Under the pieces are notes generated by a model, which was given only the letters and a program-made list of their open reading frames with translations, was not told where the DNA came from and ran no database searches. This document shows positions 29,649-39,426 of a stretch of DNA of 64,000 bases, piece by piece. Source of the stretch: an uncultured Candidatus Rokubacteria bacterium (lineage in GTDB: Bacteria; Methylomirabilota; Methylomirabilia; Rokubacteriales; CSP1-6); the NCBI GenBank assembly GCA_963758635.1, contig CAVWWD010000003.1, positions 907,184 to 971,183 on the forward strand. Direction: 5' to 3'. The position numbers and the translations under genes are program-made. Numbering within the stretch: the first letter of the stretch is position 1; each line of letters starts with the position of its first letter.

Positions 29649-30260
29649 ATGCCGGGCCCGGTGAGCAACTGGCTGAAAGTTCGGTTCATCACCGGCTTCT
29701 TCGTGACCGTCCCCGCCGTTGCCACGTCGTGGCTCCTCTACGTGTTCTGGGACAACATCGACGGGTTCTTCTCGCCGATGTACGAGCGCATCTTCGGGCG
29801 GCGGATCCCCGGCCTCGGCTTCCTCACCGCGATGGTGGTCATCTTCGTCATGGGCACGATCGCGACCAACGTGGTGGGCCGGCGCATCCTGTCCCGGGTC
29901 GAGCGCCTGTTCGAGCACCTGCCCGTGTTCCGGAGCATCTATCCGTCGATCAAGCAGCTCTTCGAGTCGTTCTCGCCGCAGAAGCGCACGTCGTTCAAGG
30001 AGGTCGTGCTCGCCGAGCACCCGCGCAAGGGCGAGTTCGTGTTCGGCTTCGTGACCTCGGAGCTGCTCCTCGACGGGCCCGACGGCAAGCTCGACATGGT
30101 CACGGTATTCGTGCCCACCAACAACCTCTACCTGGGCGACGTGATCGTGCTGCCCCGGGGGGAGACCGTGACCACGGGGCTGACCGTCGAGGAAGGCATC
30201 CGCGTCATCCTGTCCGCCGGCACCGCCACGCCGCGGCGGCTGCCGCGCCGGCGCGCCTGA
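29649..30260 (+). CDS. DUF502 family membrane protein
   Basis: ORF 29649..30260. Confidence 0.55.
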   Translation: MPGPVSNWLKVRFITGFFVTVPAVATSWLLYVFWDNIDGFFSPMYERIFGRRIPGLGFLTAMVVIFVMGTIATNVVGRRILSRVERLFEHLPVFRSIYPSIKQLFESFSPQKRTSFKEVVLAEHPRKGEFVFGFVTSELLLDGPDGKLDMVTVFVPTNNLYLGDVIVLPRGETVTTGLTVEEGIRVILSAGTATPRRLPRRRA

Positions 30261-30282
30261 CGCCGGCGGTCGTCCGCCTCCG

Positions 30283-30922
30283 TCACGCCACCGCGCCGAT
30301 CACGTTCCGGCACCACGTCTCCACCGCCGCGCCCAGCGGGAACAGCTTGCCGAAGAAGAAGTGGTCGGCGCCCTCGATCACCGTGACGGTCGCGGCGGGC
30401 ATGCGTCGGCCCAGGTCCTCGAGCGCGTCGACCGGACAGTACTGGTCTCGGGAGCCCGCCACGACGAGGGTGGGGTGGACGGCCGGCGCCGCGCTCACGT
30501 CGAGCATCGAGAGCGGCGGCGCGACCAGGCACAGCCCGGCCAGCGCGGCCGGGTCCTCGCCGGCGACCCGCGCGGAGATCCACGCCCCGAACGAGTAGCC
30601 GGCCAGCGCGATCCGACGCTCCGCGCCGACCCGAGCGGCGAGGCCAGCGAGGGCCGCCCGGACGTCCGCCTGTTCCGCGCCCTTGCCGTCACGGGGTCCG
30701 GTCGATGCCCCGACCCCCCGGAAATTGAAGCGCAGCGTGGCCAGGCCCAGCCCCCAGGCTACCTCGGCGCACCGGATCACGACGGGGTTGTCCATGTCGC
30801 CCCCGTACAGCGGGTGCGGATGGCAGACCACGAGCCCGCCGGCGGGCGATGCGGGGAGCGCCGATCCTCGCCTCGAGGCGCGGCCCTCCGGGAACGTCCA
30901 CGGTCAGGGGAGCTTCGTCCAC
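30283..30922 (-). pseudogene. COG2945-type alpha/beta hydrolase with frameshift near ~30845
   Basis: N-terminus MDEAPLTVDVPGGPRLEARIGAP (ORF 30689..30922 frame) joins ...AGGLVVCHPHPLYGGDMDN...RFNFRGVGAS (ORF 30283..30831) after a 1-nt shift. Confidence 0.5.
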
Positions 30923-31008
30923 GGGTGGTCCGTCCTTGCTCGCTGCGGCGCGGCGGGAATAATCCCGTCCGGCTGGCCGTCAGAGGGTTCGGAGGTATAC
31001 TTCACGCG

Positions 31009-31518
31009 ATGTTCGGGCTCGGCTGTTCCTGGTATCGATCCCGCCTCGAAGCGCAGGCCAGCGGACGACTCGAGGGCCGCGCCGCGGTCGGCCTCAGCCG
31101 CCATCTCGGTCGCTGCGAGGCCTGCCGGCGTACGGTCGAGGCGTTCGCCCGCATGCGCTCCCTGGTGCGAAGCGCGGCGGCGGCGCCCGGCCCGTCCGAC
31201 TGGACCGGGTTCTGGCCGGCGGTGCGCGTCCGCATCGAGACCGAGGCGCCACGGCCCATCCGCGACTCGTGGTGGCTGCCCTTCTGGAAGCCGATCTGGG
31301 GGCACCCTCGGCTCGCCACCTCGGCGGCGATGGCCGCCGCGCTCCTGATGGTGATCTCGCTGCAGCCCGTGGGCAACGACGGGTCGGCCATGCCGGTGAC
31401 GGTCCACGACGTGACGGCCAGCGATCCGCGGGGCAGCGTCATGGTGTACTCCAGCCAGGACGCTACCGTGATCTGGATGTTCGCCGCCGATACCAGCGGC
31501 GCCGGCACCGACGACTGA
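31009..31518 (+). CDS. putative anti-sigma factor (zf-HC2 type, membrane-anchored)
   Basis: ATG 31009 after ggagg RBS; HLGRCEACRR zinc-finger motif; C-terminal TM; no adjacent sigma-factor gene. Confidence 0.45.
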   Translation: MFGLGCSWYRSRLEAQASGRLEGRAAVGLSRHLGRCEACRRTVEAFARMRSLVRSAAAAPGPSDWTGFWPAVRVRIETEAPRPIRDSWWLPFWKPIWGHPRLATSAAMAAALLMVISLQPVGNDGSAMPVTVHDVTASDPRGSVMVYSSQDATVIWMFAADTSGAGTDD

Positions 31519-31665
31519 TCGCCCCGCCTCCTCACGACCCTGACGGGTTCGCCAGCTTTTCCTTCGGCCTGGATGTTCGCCGCCGATACGAGCAGTGCGG
31601 CCGGCGACGGCTGATTGGCGTCCCGGCGTCCTCATGACCCTGACGGGTTCGCCAGCTTTTCTCTC
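31470..31665. repeat. ~100-bp imperfect tandem duplication spanning the 3' end of the anti-sigma gene and the 3' end of cpoB
   Basis: Units ...ggatgttcgccgccgata...cctca(c/t)gaccctgacgggttcgccagcttttc repeated at ~31470-31562 and ~31563-31665. Confidence 0.65.
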
Positions 31666-31689
31666 GCCAGCGGCGCTTCCTGCGGACTG

Positions 31690-32493
31690 GGGGAAGTGCT
31701 CGATCAGGTATCGCAGCCGCGCCTCCGCGAGGCGCGGCTGCTTGAGCTCGATCAGAGCCAGGGCCTCCTTGTAGAGGGCCGTCGGCACCCGCTCACCTCT
31801 CGGATAGTTCACGACGACACGCCGGAACTCCTGAACGGACTGCTCGAGGTGACGCGTCGCCTCGTCCCGGCGGCCAGCGTCGGAGCTGGCTCGCGCCATC
31901 CCGAAGTACGCCTCGCCCACCGAGTACTGGGCCTTGTCGGCGAGCGGGGAATCCGGGAACCTGCGCACGAACTCCCGGAAACCGGAGATGGCGAGCGGAT
32001 AGTTGCCCTTGGTCAGGTCGAGCGACGCGGCCTGGAAGGCCTGCTCGGCGCTGGTTCCGTCCGCCGCCCCCCGCGGCGCGGCGGGGGCGATCGGGGGCGT
32101 GGGCGCCGTGGGCTGGCCGGCGGGCGCGCTTCCACGAGCGGCCACCTGACGGCTCAGCGCGTCCAGGCGCCCCGACACGTCCTCGAGCCGGGCCGACACC
32201 CGGCCGAGCTCGGCGGCGATGTTGTCGAGCCGGGTCGACAGCGCGTTGACCTGTCGCGCCGTCTCCGCCGACTCCGTCCGTGTGCGGCGATCGGTCTGGC
32301 CGACCGACGTCTCCGTCTCGGCCCGGCTCCGGTGCACCGCGAGCGTGAGGGCGTTCAGGTCCTTGCGGAGCTGGGCCACGTCCTGGGGCAGGCTCTCGTC
32401 GCCGGTGGCGCAGCCGCCGGCCATGGCCGCCGTCGCGAGGAGCCCGAAAACGACGAAGGGGAGCCCGAGGCTCCCCTTCGGGTGCTGCCGCAC
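31690..32493 (-). CDS. cpoB: Tol-Pal system protein CpoB/YbgF (lipoprotein, coiled coil + TPR); 3' end uncertain
   Basis: Part of ORF 30904..32577; GTG ~32493 just after pal stop; lipobox LLATAAMAGGC, coiled-coil then TPR; frame stays open to 30904 so the true stop is unclear. Confidence 0.5.
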
Positions 32494-32507
32494 CGCGGGC
32501 GCTCGAC

Positions 32508-33105
32508 TTAGCGTGCCTTCACCAGGAAGTGGGCGTGCCGGTTGCGCTGCCAGCAACTCTCGCTCTTCTCGGTGCACACCGGGCGCTCCTCGCCGTAGGA
32601 GATGATCGTGATGCGATTGGCCTGGACGCCCTGGGTCACCAGGTAGTTCATCGTCGCCTTCGCCCGGCGCTCGCCGAGCGCCAGGTTGTACTCGTTCGTG
32701 CCGCGCTCGTCACAGTGTCCCTCGATCAGGACCAGCATGGTGCCGTTCGACTTGAGCCAGCTCGAGTTGTCGTCGAGGATCTTCGCGTCGCTCGGACGGA
32801 TGTCGTACTTATCGAAGTCGAAGTACACGTCCTTGAGCGCCGTGTTCTCCGCGAACTCGCTGGGCGCGGGCGGCGTCGCGGGCGCGGCGGTCGCCGGCGC
32901 GGGCGGCGGGGGCCGGCGCGGGGGCGGAGGCCGACGGCGTCGACGGTGAGGCGGCCGCAGGGGCGCTCGGGGCCATCGCGGCGGGGGCCGCGGGAGCCGG
33001 TGCGGATGCCGCCGTCGTGGCGGGCCGCTTCGGGCACCCCACCAGGAACAGCGCGGCGATGAGCAGGGGCATCACCAGGAGCGAGCTACCGCGTCCGTGC
33101 CGCAT
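32508..33105 (-). pseudogene. pal: peptidoglycan-associated lipoprotein Pal with frameshift in the Ala/Pro-rich linker (~32895-32905)
   Basis: N-terminus MRHGRGSSLLVMPLLIAALFLVGC (ORF 32809..33153 frame, ATG 33105 after ggagg RBS); OmpA-like C-terminus ...PSEFAENTALKDVYFDFDKYDIRP... (ORF 32508..32828) one base out of frame. Confidence 0.7.
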
Positions 33106-33213
33106 AGCCTCACATCCTCCTTGTGAACAACCGTTGGAGCCCGACCGGGCCATCGAAAGAGCGTCCCGCCGCGGGATCGCCGATGTCCTCGCTAACTTTT
33201 CGCCGAGAGTCTA

Positions 33214-34554
33214 TCACGGAAGCCGCGGGGACCAAGCGGGACTTGCCGCGTCTCCCGCGCCGCGCGGCACCGCGTGCTGCTCGGAGCCGTCGGCGAGCAT
33301 CGTGAAGAGCCCGATGCCGCGCCCGCGCGTGGACTGGAACACGAGGTGACGGCCGTTCGGCGACCAGGACGCGCTCTCGTTGTCGCCGGGCCCCGCGGTG
33401 AGCCGCCGCGCACCGCTGCCGTCCGGGCCCACCGCCCACAGGTCGTGATTGCCCTGCCGCGAGGTGTAGACGATCGCGTCGCCCTTGGGCGACCAGCGCG
33501 GCTGGGTGTTGAAGCCGCCCTGGGTGATGCGCCGGACGTTCGTGCCCTCCGCGTCCATCACGTAGACCTGTGCCGCGCCGCTGCGATCCGACACGAAGGC
33601 GATCTCGCGGCCCGTGGGCGACCACGACGGCTCGGTATCGATCCCCGGATGCGTGGTCACCCGGCGGAACGTACCGGCGGCCACGTTCAGGACGTAGACC
33701 TCCGGGTTGCCGTCCTTCGACAGGGTGAGGGCCACCGATCGCCCATCCGGGCTCCACGCGGGCGAGCTGTTGATGCCGAGGTGGCCGGCGAGGAGCTGCA
33801 CGGGGCGGCGCTCGAACGGGAACATGCGGTAGAGGTACGGATAGCCGCGCATGAACGACGTGAACGCGAGCGAGCGCGTGTCGGGGCTCCACGCCGGCGA
33901 CATGTTGATCGACTGGTTCGCGGTGAGGGCGGCCACGCCCACCCCGTCGTAGTCCATGAGCTGGAGCTCGCGCACGCCGCGCTGCGGGGTGATGAACGCG
34001 ATCTTGGTGTCGGCGATGCCGGCCTCGCCCGTGAACTGGAGCACCACCTCGTCGGCGATGCGGTGGGCGAGCCGCCGGGACTCGGCCGGCGGCACCGCGA
34101 ACGTCTTGGTCGCGATCTGGCGCTGCTCGGGCGACGTGAGGTCGTAGAGGCGCATCTCCGCCTCCGCGCGGTCCGCGCCCGCCCGCACCACCCCGTGGAG
34201 CGCGGCGTGCGCGCCCGCCGCGGCGGCGTCGGCCCACGCCTTGCGGAGCGCCTCGGCGTCGCCGGGCGGCGGCGCGGGGGCCCCCGCCACCACGTTGAAG
34301 AGCGCGGAGAACGTGAGGTCCTTGCCCGCGACCTCGGAGAGCCGGCGGCCCAGGGTGGGATCGGCGGCGGCGCCCGTGACCGCGAACTCCGGCACGAAGA
34401 TGTTCAGCCGCTGGGCGCCGCTGCGCATCACGTTCAGGAACACGTCGGCGCCCTGCGATCGCGCGGGGGGCGCGCCGGTGAGGACGAGCCCCGCCGTCAC
34501 CACGAGCACGGCGGCGAGCAGGGCCAGGAATCCGCGGAAGGGGCTCATCGGCAT
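33214..34554 (-). CDS. tolB: Tol-Pal system beta-propeller protein TolB
   Basis: C-terminal 446 codons of ORF 33214..35349; ATG at 34554; repeated ...SPAWSPDG.. / WSP.G.. propeller motifs. Confidence 0.85.
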   Translation of the reverse strand: MPMSPFRGFLALLAAVLVVTAGLVLTGAPPARSQGADVFLNVMRSGAQRLNIFVPEFAVTGAAADPTLGRRLSEVAGKDLTFSALFNVVAGAPAPPPGDAEALRKAWADAAAAGAHAALHGVVRAGADRAEAEMRLYDLTSPEQRQIATKTFAVPPAESRRLAHRIADEVVLQFTGEAGIADTKIAFITPQRGVRELQLMDYDGVGVAALTANQSINMSPAWSPDTRSLAFTSFMRGYPYLYRMFPFERRPVQLLAGHLGINSSPAWSPDGRSVALTLSKDGNPEVYVLNVAAGTFRRVTTHPGIDTEPSWSPTGREIAFVSDRSGAAQVYVMDAEGTNVRRITQGGFNTQPRWSPKGDAIVYTSRQGNHDLWAVGPDGSGARRLTAGPGDNESASWSPNGRHLVFQSTRGRGIGLFTMLADGSEQHAVPRGAGDAASPAWSPRLP

Positions 34555-35349
34555 CAGCCTCGCTCGGGTCGGAGCTCGAAACGGAACATCACGCGCAGCG
34601 ATGCGCGGCTCCAGTCCTGGGGAAGGGGCGGGAATGGGCTGGCGTCGGCGATGGCCCGCAGCGCGGCCTGATCGTAGAACGTGTTGCCCGACGTCTTCTC
34701 GATCCTCGGCGGCCGGATCGACCCGTCCCGCTGGATCTCGACCATGATGAACGGCTTCTGGGCCGGCGCCTGCGTCGGCCCCTGGCGCTGCCACTGGTCC
34801 TCGACCTTCTGGAGCACCTGCCGCAGGTACCACGCGTACGGGAAGTCCGAGACGTCGAGGGCGAGGGTCCCCACGCCGGTCACCGACCCCGTGGCCAGGC
34901 CGGCGGGCGGAGGCGGGGCGGGCCGCGCCTCCACCGGATCGCCTGCGCGCGAGGCGGTGGGAGGCGGCGCGGGCCGTGGTTGCCGATCGGCGGGGCTGGA
35001 CAGCGGCGGCGCCTCCTTGTCCCCGGGCCGGGGCAGGGCCACCGGCCGCGACGGCAGCTGCGGGAGCGCCGGCGGGCTGTTCGGAAGCTGGACCGGCTCG
35101 CGCGCCCGCGCCTCGCGGGGCGCCGGCTCGGGAAGCTTGACCTCCCGCGTGGGCGGCACGACGGTCGGACGAGTCGGCAGGGGCGGACGCGACTCGCCCC
35201 GGGGCGTGCCGACGGCGGCCACCGCGGGCACGAGGTTCACCACGTAGGTCTTCGAGGTCTCCCAGCCGCTCCACACCACCAGCGCGGCGAGGCCGCCGAG
35301 CAGCGACGACGTGGCCGATGGCCGAGATGGTCAGCGCGGCCACGGGCAC
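34554..35349 (-). pseudogene. tolA: TolA (TonB-family C-terminal domain) with frameshift near ~35300
   Basis: ORF 34554..35279 has a Pro-rich linker and TonB_C domain; its TM helix (SSLLGGLAALVVWSGW) lies upstream in the same frame but is closed by a stop; start MPVAALTISAIGHVV is in the ORF 33214..35349 frame. Confidence 0.45.
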
Positions 35350-35442
35350 GCGGGGGCGCGTGAGGGCGAGGCTCGGGCGCCGGGGCGACCACGAGAGGGA
35401 GCCCGCGCGCGGGCGCGGGATAGCTCTCCGCGCCGAGGGCGC

Positions 35443-35881
35443 TCAGCGTTCCCTCGTGGGCTCGGTGACCATGCCGAGCTTTTCCACGCCGGCCCTGCGG
35501 ATCCGGTCCATGGTCTCGACCACGAACCCGTACTGGAGCGCCTGGTCGGCCTTCAAGTAGAGCGTCTTGTCGGTCCGGTCCTTCATGGTCTCGCGCAGCC
35601 GCCCGTCGAGCCCCGACATGGGCACCGGCTTGTCGTTCAGGAAGACGGTCTGGTCCTTCGTCAGGGTCAGCACCAGGCGCTCCTCGGTGGCGGTGGGGCG
35701 GCCGGTGCTCTTGCGGCAGGTTCACGTCGATCCCGCGATGCATCAGGGGCGCGGTCAGCATGAAGATCAGGAGGAGGACGAGGATCACGTCCACCAGCGG
35801 GATGATGTTGATCTCCGAGAGCGTGGGTCCGATCCGGTACGCCCCGCCGCTTCCCTCCGACGACTCGAGCCTAAACGCCAT
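35443..35881 (-). pseudogene. tolR: TolR/ExbD with an extra base at 35710
   Basis: N-terminus MAFRLES...EINIIPLVDVILVLLLIFMLTAPLMHRGIDVNLPQ (ORF 35237..35881) and C-terminus STGRPTATEERLVLTLTKDQTVFLNDKPV... (ORF 35443..35673) are out of phase by exactly one nucleotide. Confidence 0.65.
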
Positions 35882-36608
35882 CTTTCACCCGCGCGGCCTT
35901 CGGGGCCGGCCGCGCGAAGAGGTTGAGCAGGTCGAGGGCGAAGCCTTCCATCTCCGTGGCCCAGTGCTTCACGCGGTTGACGAAGAAGTTGTACGCCATG
36001 ACGGCGGGAATGGCCGCGCCCAGGCCGGCCGCCGTCGCGATGAGCGCCTCCGAGATGCCCGGAGCCACCACGGCGAGGCTCGCCGAGCCCTGCTGCCCGA
36101 TGCCGTGGAAGGCGGCCATGACGCCCCACACCGTGCCGAAGAGGCCGATGAAGGGCGCGGCGCTGGCCGTGGTGGCGAGGAAGGGCAGGAACCGCTCCAT
36201 GCGGGAGACCTCGCCCGCCGCGGCGCGTCGCATCGCGCGATTCACCGCGTCCACGCGCTCGGGCCCGAGGCCGTCCTCCGCCTCGTCGAGGGCGTGGTCG
36301 ATCATGTCCGCGCCCCCGAGCGCGCCGCCCGCCTCCTGGCAGCCCGCGACGTAGAGCTGGGCGAGGGGACTGTCGCGGTACTTCTTGGCCGCGGCGAAAA
36401 CGGCCGAGAACCGCCGGCCTTCGCGGAAGACCTTGAGGAACCGCACCGACTCCCGGCGGATCTTCCTGAACTGCCACCACTTCTCGACCATCAGCGCCCA
36501 GCAGACGACGGAGAGGACGCAGAGCACCAACAGGACGACCTTCGCCATCGGGCCCGCGTTGAGGACGAGCTCGAACACGCTCGAGTCGAGGGATCCGCTG
36601 CCTTGCAC
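35871..36608 (-). CDS. tolQ: TolQ/ExbB proton-channel protein
   Basis: Part of ORF 35871..36758; GTG 36608 six nt after aaggag RBS; GLFGTVWGVMAAF and PGISEALIATAAGL motifs. Confidence 0.8.
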   Translation of the reverse strand: MQGSGSLDSSVFELVLNAGPMAKVVLLVLCVLSVVCWALMVEKWWQFRKIRRESVRFLKVFREGRRFSAVFAAAKKYRDSPLAQLYVAGCQEAGGALGGADMIDHALDEAEDGLGPERVDAVNRAMRRAAAGEVSRMERFLPFLATTASAAPFIGLFGTVWGVMAAFHGIGQQGSASLAVVAPGISEALIATAAGLGAAIPAVMAYNFFVNRVKHWATEMEGFALDLLNLFARPAPKAARVKDGV

Positions 36609-36829
36609 TCGGAGCTCCTTATCGCGTGGCTCGGGGACGAACCGGGAATTGCTTCCGAATGATACAGAAGGGTCCGGAAACGTGTCAATCAATTGACACC
36701 GAAAGCAGTCGCGCCGTATAAGCTGGCGAAGGGTTTTTCCATGCTCATCCCCGCGCACTCCCGTCGTTCGACGCGCCCCACGCCGCCCGTATTCCGCCCG
36801 GAGGCGGTGAAAGCGCGGCCGGCGCGCCC

Positions 36830-37615
36830 ATGATGTTCCGCTCGCCGGGCCCGATCGCCTTCCAGATCGGCCCGTTCAGCCTCCGCTGGTACGGAATCCT
36901 GATGGCCACCGCGATGGCGCTCGGCCTCTGGCTCGCGTACCGCGACGCGCAGCGCCGCCACCTGGATCCCGAGAGCCTCCTGAAGGCCGCGGAGCTCGCG
37001 CTCCTCGGCGGCCTCGTGGGCGCCCGCCTCTACTACGTGCTGTTCAACCTCGACCACTACCTCCCGAACCCGGCCAAGATCGTCGCGGTGTGGGAGGGGG
37101 GGCTCGCGATCCACGGCGGCGTGATCGGGGGCATCCTCGTCGGGGGCGGCTACGCGATGCGCCGGGGGCTCCCGGTGGCGAAGTACCTCGACATCGCGGC
37201 GCCGAGCCTGGCCCTCGGGCAGGCGATCGGGCGCTGGGGCAACTTCTTCAACGAGGAGGCCTTCGGCACCCCCACGGAGCTGCCGTGGAAGCTCTTCATC
37301 TCGCCCGCGCACCGGCCCCTGATCTACGCCCAGGACCAGTTCTTCCACCCCACGTTCCTGTACGAGTCGCTCTGGGACCTGGGCGTGTTCGCGATCGTCT
37401 ACTGGGTCCTCCGCGACCGGTTCGCCCGGGCGCCGGGGGCGCTGTTCCTCGCCTACGTCGGTCTCTACTCGCTAGGCCGCTTCGTGACCGAGGGGATCCG
37501 CACCGATCCCCTGATGCTCGGGCCGCTCCGCATCGCCCAGGTGGTGAGCGTGCTCGGCGTCGCCGCCGCGATCGTGGCCGTCCCGCTCCTGCTCCGGCGC
37601 GCCCGCCAGGCGTAA
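36830..37615 (+). CDS. lgt: prolipoprotein diacylglyceryl transferase
   Basis: ORF 36830..37615; RWGNFFNEEAFG signature. Confidence 0.85.
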   Translation: MMFRSPGPIAFQIGPFSLRWYGILMATAMALGLWLAYRDAQRRHLDPESLLKAAELALLGGLVGARLYYVLFNLDHYLPNPAKIVAVWEGGLAIHGGVIGGILVGGGYAMRRGLPVAKYLDIAAPSLALGQAIGRWGNFFNEEAFGTPTELPWKLFISPAHRPLIYAQDQFFHPTFLYESLWDLGVFAIVYWVLRDRFARAPGALFLAYVGLYSLGRFVTEGIRTDPLMLGPLRIAQVVSVLGVAAAIVAVPLLLRRARQA

Positions 37616-37629
37616 ACGCCGGCCGGACC

Positions 37630-38421
37630 GTGCACTTCGCGTTCCTCGGCACGTCCAGCGCGCTTCCGTCGCCCCGTCGCGACAACACCGCGATGGTGTT
37701 CGTGGGGCGGAGCGACTCCGTCCTCGTCGATTGCGGCGGCAGCCCGCTGCAGAAGCTGCTCCTCGCCGCGGTGGATCCCGCCACCCTGGCCCACGTGGTG
37801 ATCACCCACCTCCACGTGGACCACGCCTACGGTCTCCCCGCGCTGGTGCAGAGCCTGATCCTGACGCGACGCGAGGCGCCCCTCACGGTGTCGTGCCGCG
37901 AGGAGCACGTCGAGCCGCTGCGGGCCGTCCTGGGCGCGTTCGGGCTTCTCGGCCGCCCGGGCGCGTTCCCGCTCGAGCTCGTCGGGGTGCCGGCGCGGCA
38001 GGGCGCGCCGGTGGCGGCCACCGCGTCGTTCAGGATCACCGCCGCGCCGAACGATCACGGGACCATGCCGAACCTCGCCGTCCGCGTCGAGGCGGCAGGC
38101 GGGGGCACGGTCGTGTACTCCTCCGACACCGCGCCGTGCGACGCCGTCGTGGAGCTCGCGCGGGGCGCGGAGACGCTCGTCCACGAGGCCACGTTCACCG
38201 CCGCCCGCGAGTCGCCGCGGGTCGGCGCGCACTCCACGGCCGCCGAGGCGGGCGAGATCGCGGCGCGCGCGGGCGTCCGGCGGCTGATCCTGACCCACAT
38301 CGACCCGGCCTTCCACGACGACCCGGCATCGCTCGTCCGCGAGGCGGCCGCGCGCTTCCCGGGCGAGGTGGAGATCGCCGAGGAGCTCGTGCCGTATCCC
38401 ATTCCGGCCCGCGCGTCATGA
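37630..38421 (+). CDS. MBL-fold metallo-hydrolase (RNase Z / beta-lactamase superfamily-like)
   Basis: Frame of ORF 37090..38421 from GTG 37630; HFAFLGTSSALPS...HLHVDHAYGL. Confidence 0.55.
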   Translation: MHFAFLGTSSALPSPRRDNTAMVFVGRSDSVLVDCGGSPLQKLLLAAVDPATLAHVVITHLHVDHAYGLPALVQSLILTRREAPLTVSCREEHVEPLRAVLGAFGLLGRPGAFPLELVGVPARQGAPVAATASFRITAAPNDHGTMPNLAVRVEAAGGGTVVYSSDTAPCDAVVELARGAETLVHEATFTAARESPRVGAHSTAAEAGEIAARAGVRRLILTHIDPAFHDDPASLVREAAARFPGEVEIAEELVPYPIPARAS

Positions 38422-39227
38422 CCGGCCCGGCGGGGACGGGCGGCGGCGAGGAGCCTCGAAAAGGCATGAGCCGGCGGCCGTTTCTACTTCGATTTCCATG
38501 TGCGCTCGGCTCGCCTGCGGCTCACCTCGCGAGCGCTATACGCAGCCGGGACGGCCGCCACCGGCTCTACGCCCGCGACAGCCGGGACCTGTCTCCGATC
38601 GCCACCGGGAGCGTCGGCGTCATCGTGACCTCACCGCCCTACTGGCAGTCCGGACGCGGGGTTGCCGCGGCCGATCGCTACGCGAGGACGCTCGCCGAGC
38701 GGTTCAGCCCGGAGTGGCGCCGCGTGCTCTCGCCCGGGGGAGATCTCTGGATCGTCATCGGCGACCGTCACGACGGCCGCGAATGGGCGGGGATCGACGG
38801 CCTCCTCACGAGCTGGCTCAGGCAAGCGGGGTTCGGGCTTCAGGCCAAGGGGTGCTGGGCCCAGACACGCTCGCGCGAGCGGTGGTACGACCGCATCAAC
38901 CACGTCCTTCGCTTCCGGAAGGCCCGCCGGCGCGCGCGGCCCACCTCCACGACGCTCGCCTGGATGCTGCCGCTCCCGCGCTCCCATCGCGAGAGCCAAT
39001 GGGACGCCACGCCGGACCCGATCATCCGGACGGCCATCTCGGAGAGCGCCCGGCGCGGCGCCGTCCTCGATCCGTTCGCGGGCGCGGGCACGGTGGGGCT
39101 CGTCGCCGCAGCCATGGGACGAGCCTGGATCGGCGTGGAGCGCGATCCGAAGATGGCTGCCCTGGCCGCCCGCCGGCTCGGCCTTCGTCCGATAACGGGC
39201 CCCGGAGCGCGTCCCGCCGGCGTGTAA
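38418..39227 (+). CDS. DNA methyltransferase (N6-adenine/N4-cytosine type)
   Basis: Frame of ORF 37731..39227 from ATG 38418 (ATGA overlap); SPPY catalytic motif and DPFAGAGT AdoMet motif; no restriction-enzyme partner seen. Confidence 0.55.
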   Translation: MTGPAGTGGGEEPRKGMSRRPFLLRFPCALGSPAAHLASAIRSRDGRHRLYARDSRDLSPIATGSVGVIVTSPPYWQSGRGVAAADRYARTLAERFSPEWRRVLSPGGDLWIVIGDRHDGREWAGIDGLLTSWLRQAGFGLQAKGCWAQTRSRERWYDRINHVLRFRKARRRARPTSTTLAWMLPLPRSHRESQWDATPDPIIRTAISESARRGAVLDPFAGAGTVGLVAAAMGRAWIGVERDPKMAALAARRLGLRPITGPGARPAGV

Positions 39228-39426
39228 GACTTGCCTGGGCCGTGCCACTTTGGCACGGCAACGCTGTTCCAAGTTCCTCGCGAGCAGCTTCCAAGGCATT
39301 GCCACATCTTGCCGATTCGGTGCGGCGGCCCTGCGTGGCATGGGCGTTGCTCCTCCAGGGACCCACGGCACGCCGGCCTTGCTGGCGCGCCGGACGACCT
39401 TCACAGCTTCCAAGGAGGATGTACCG

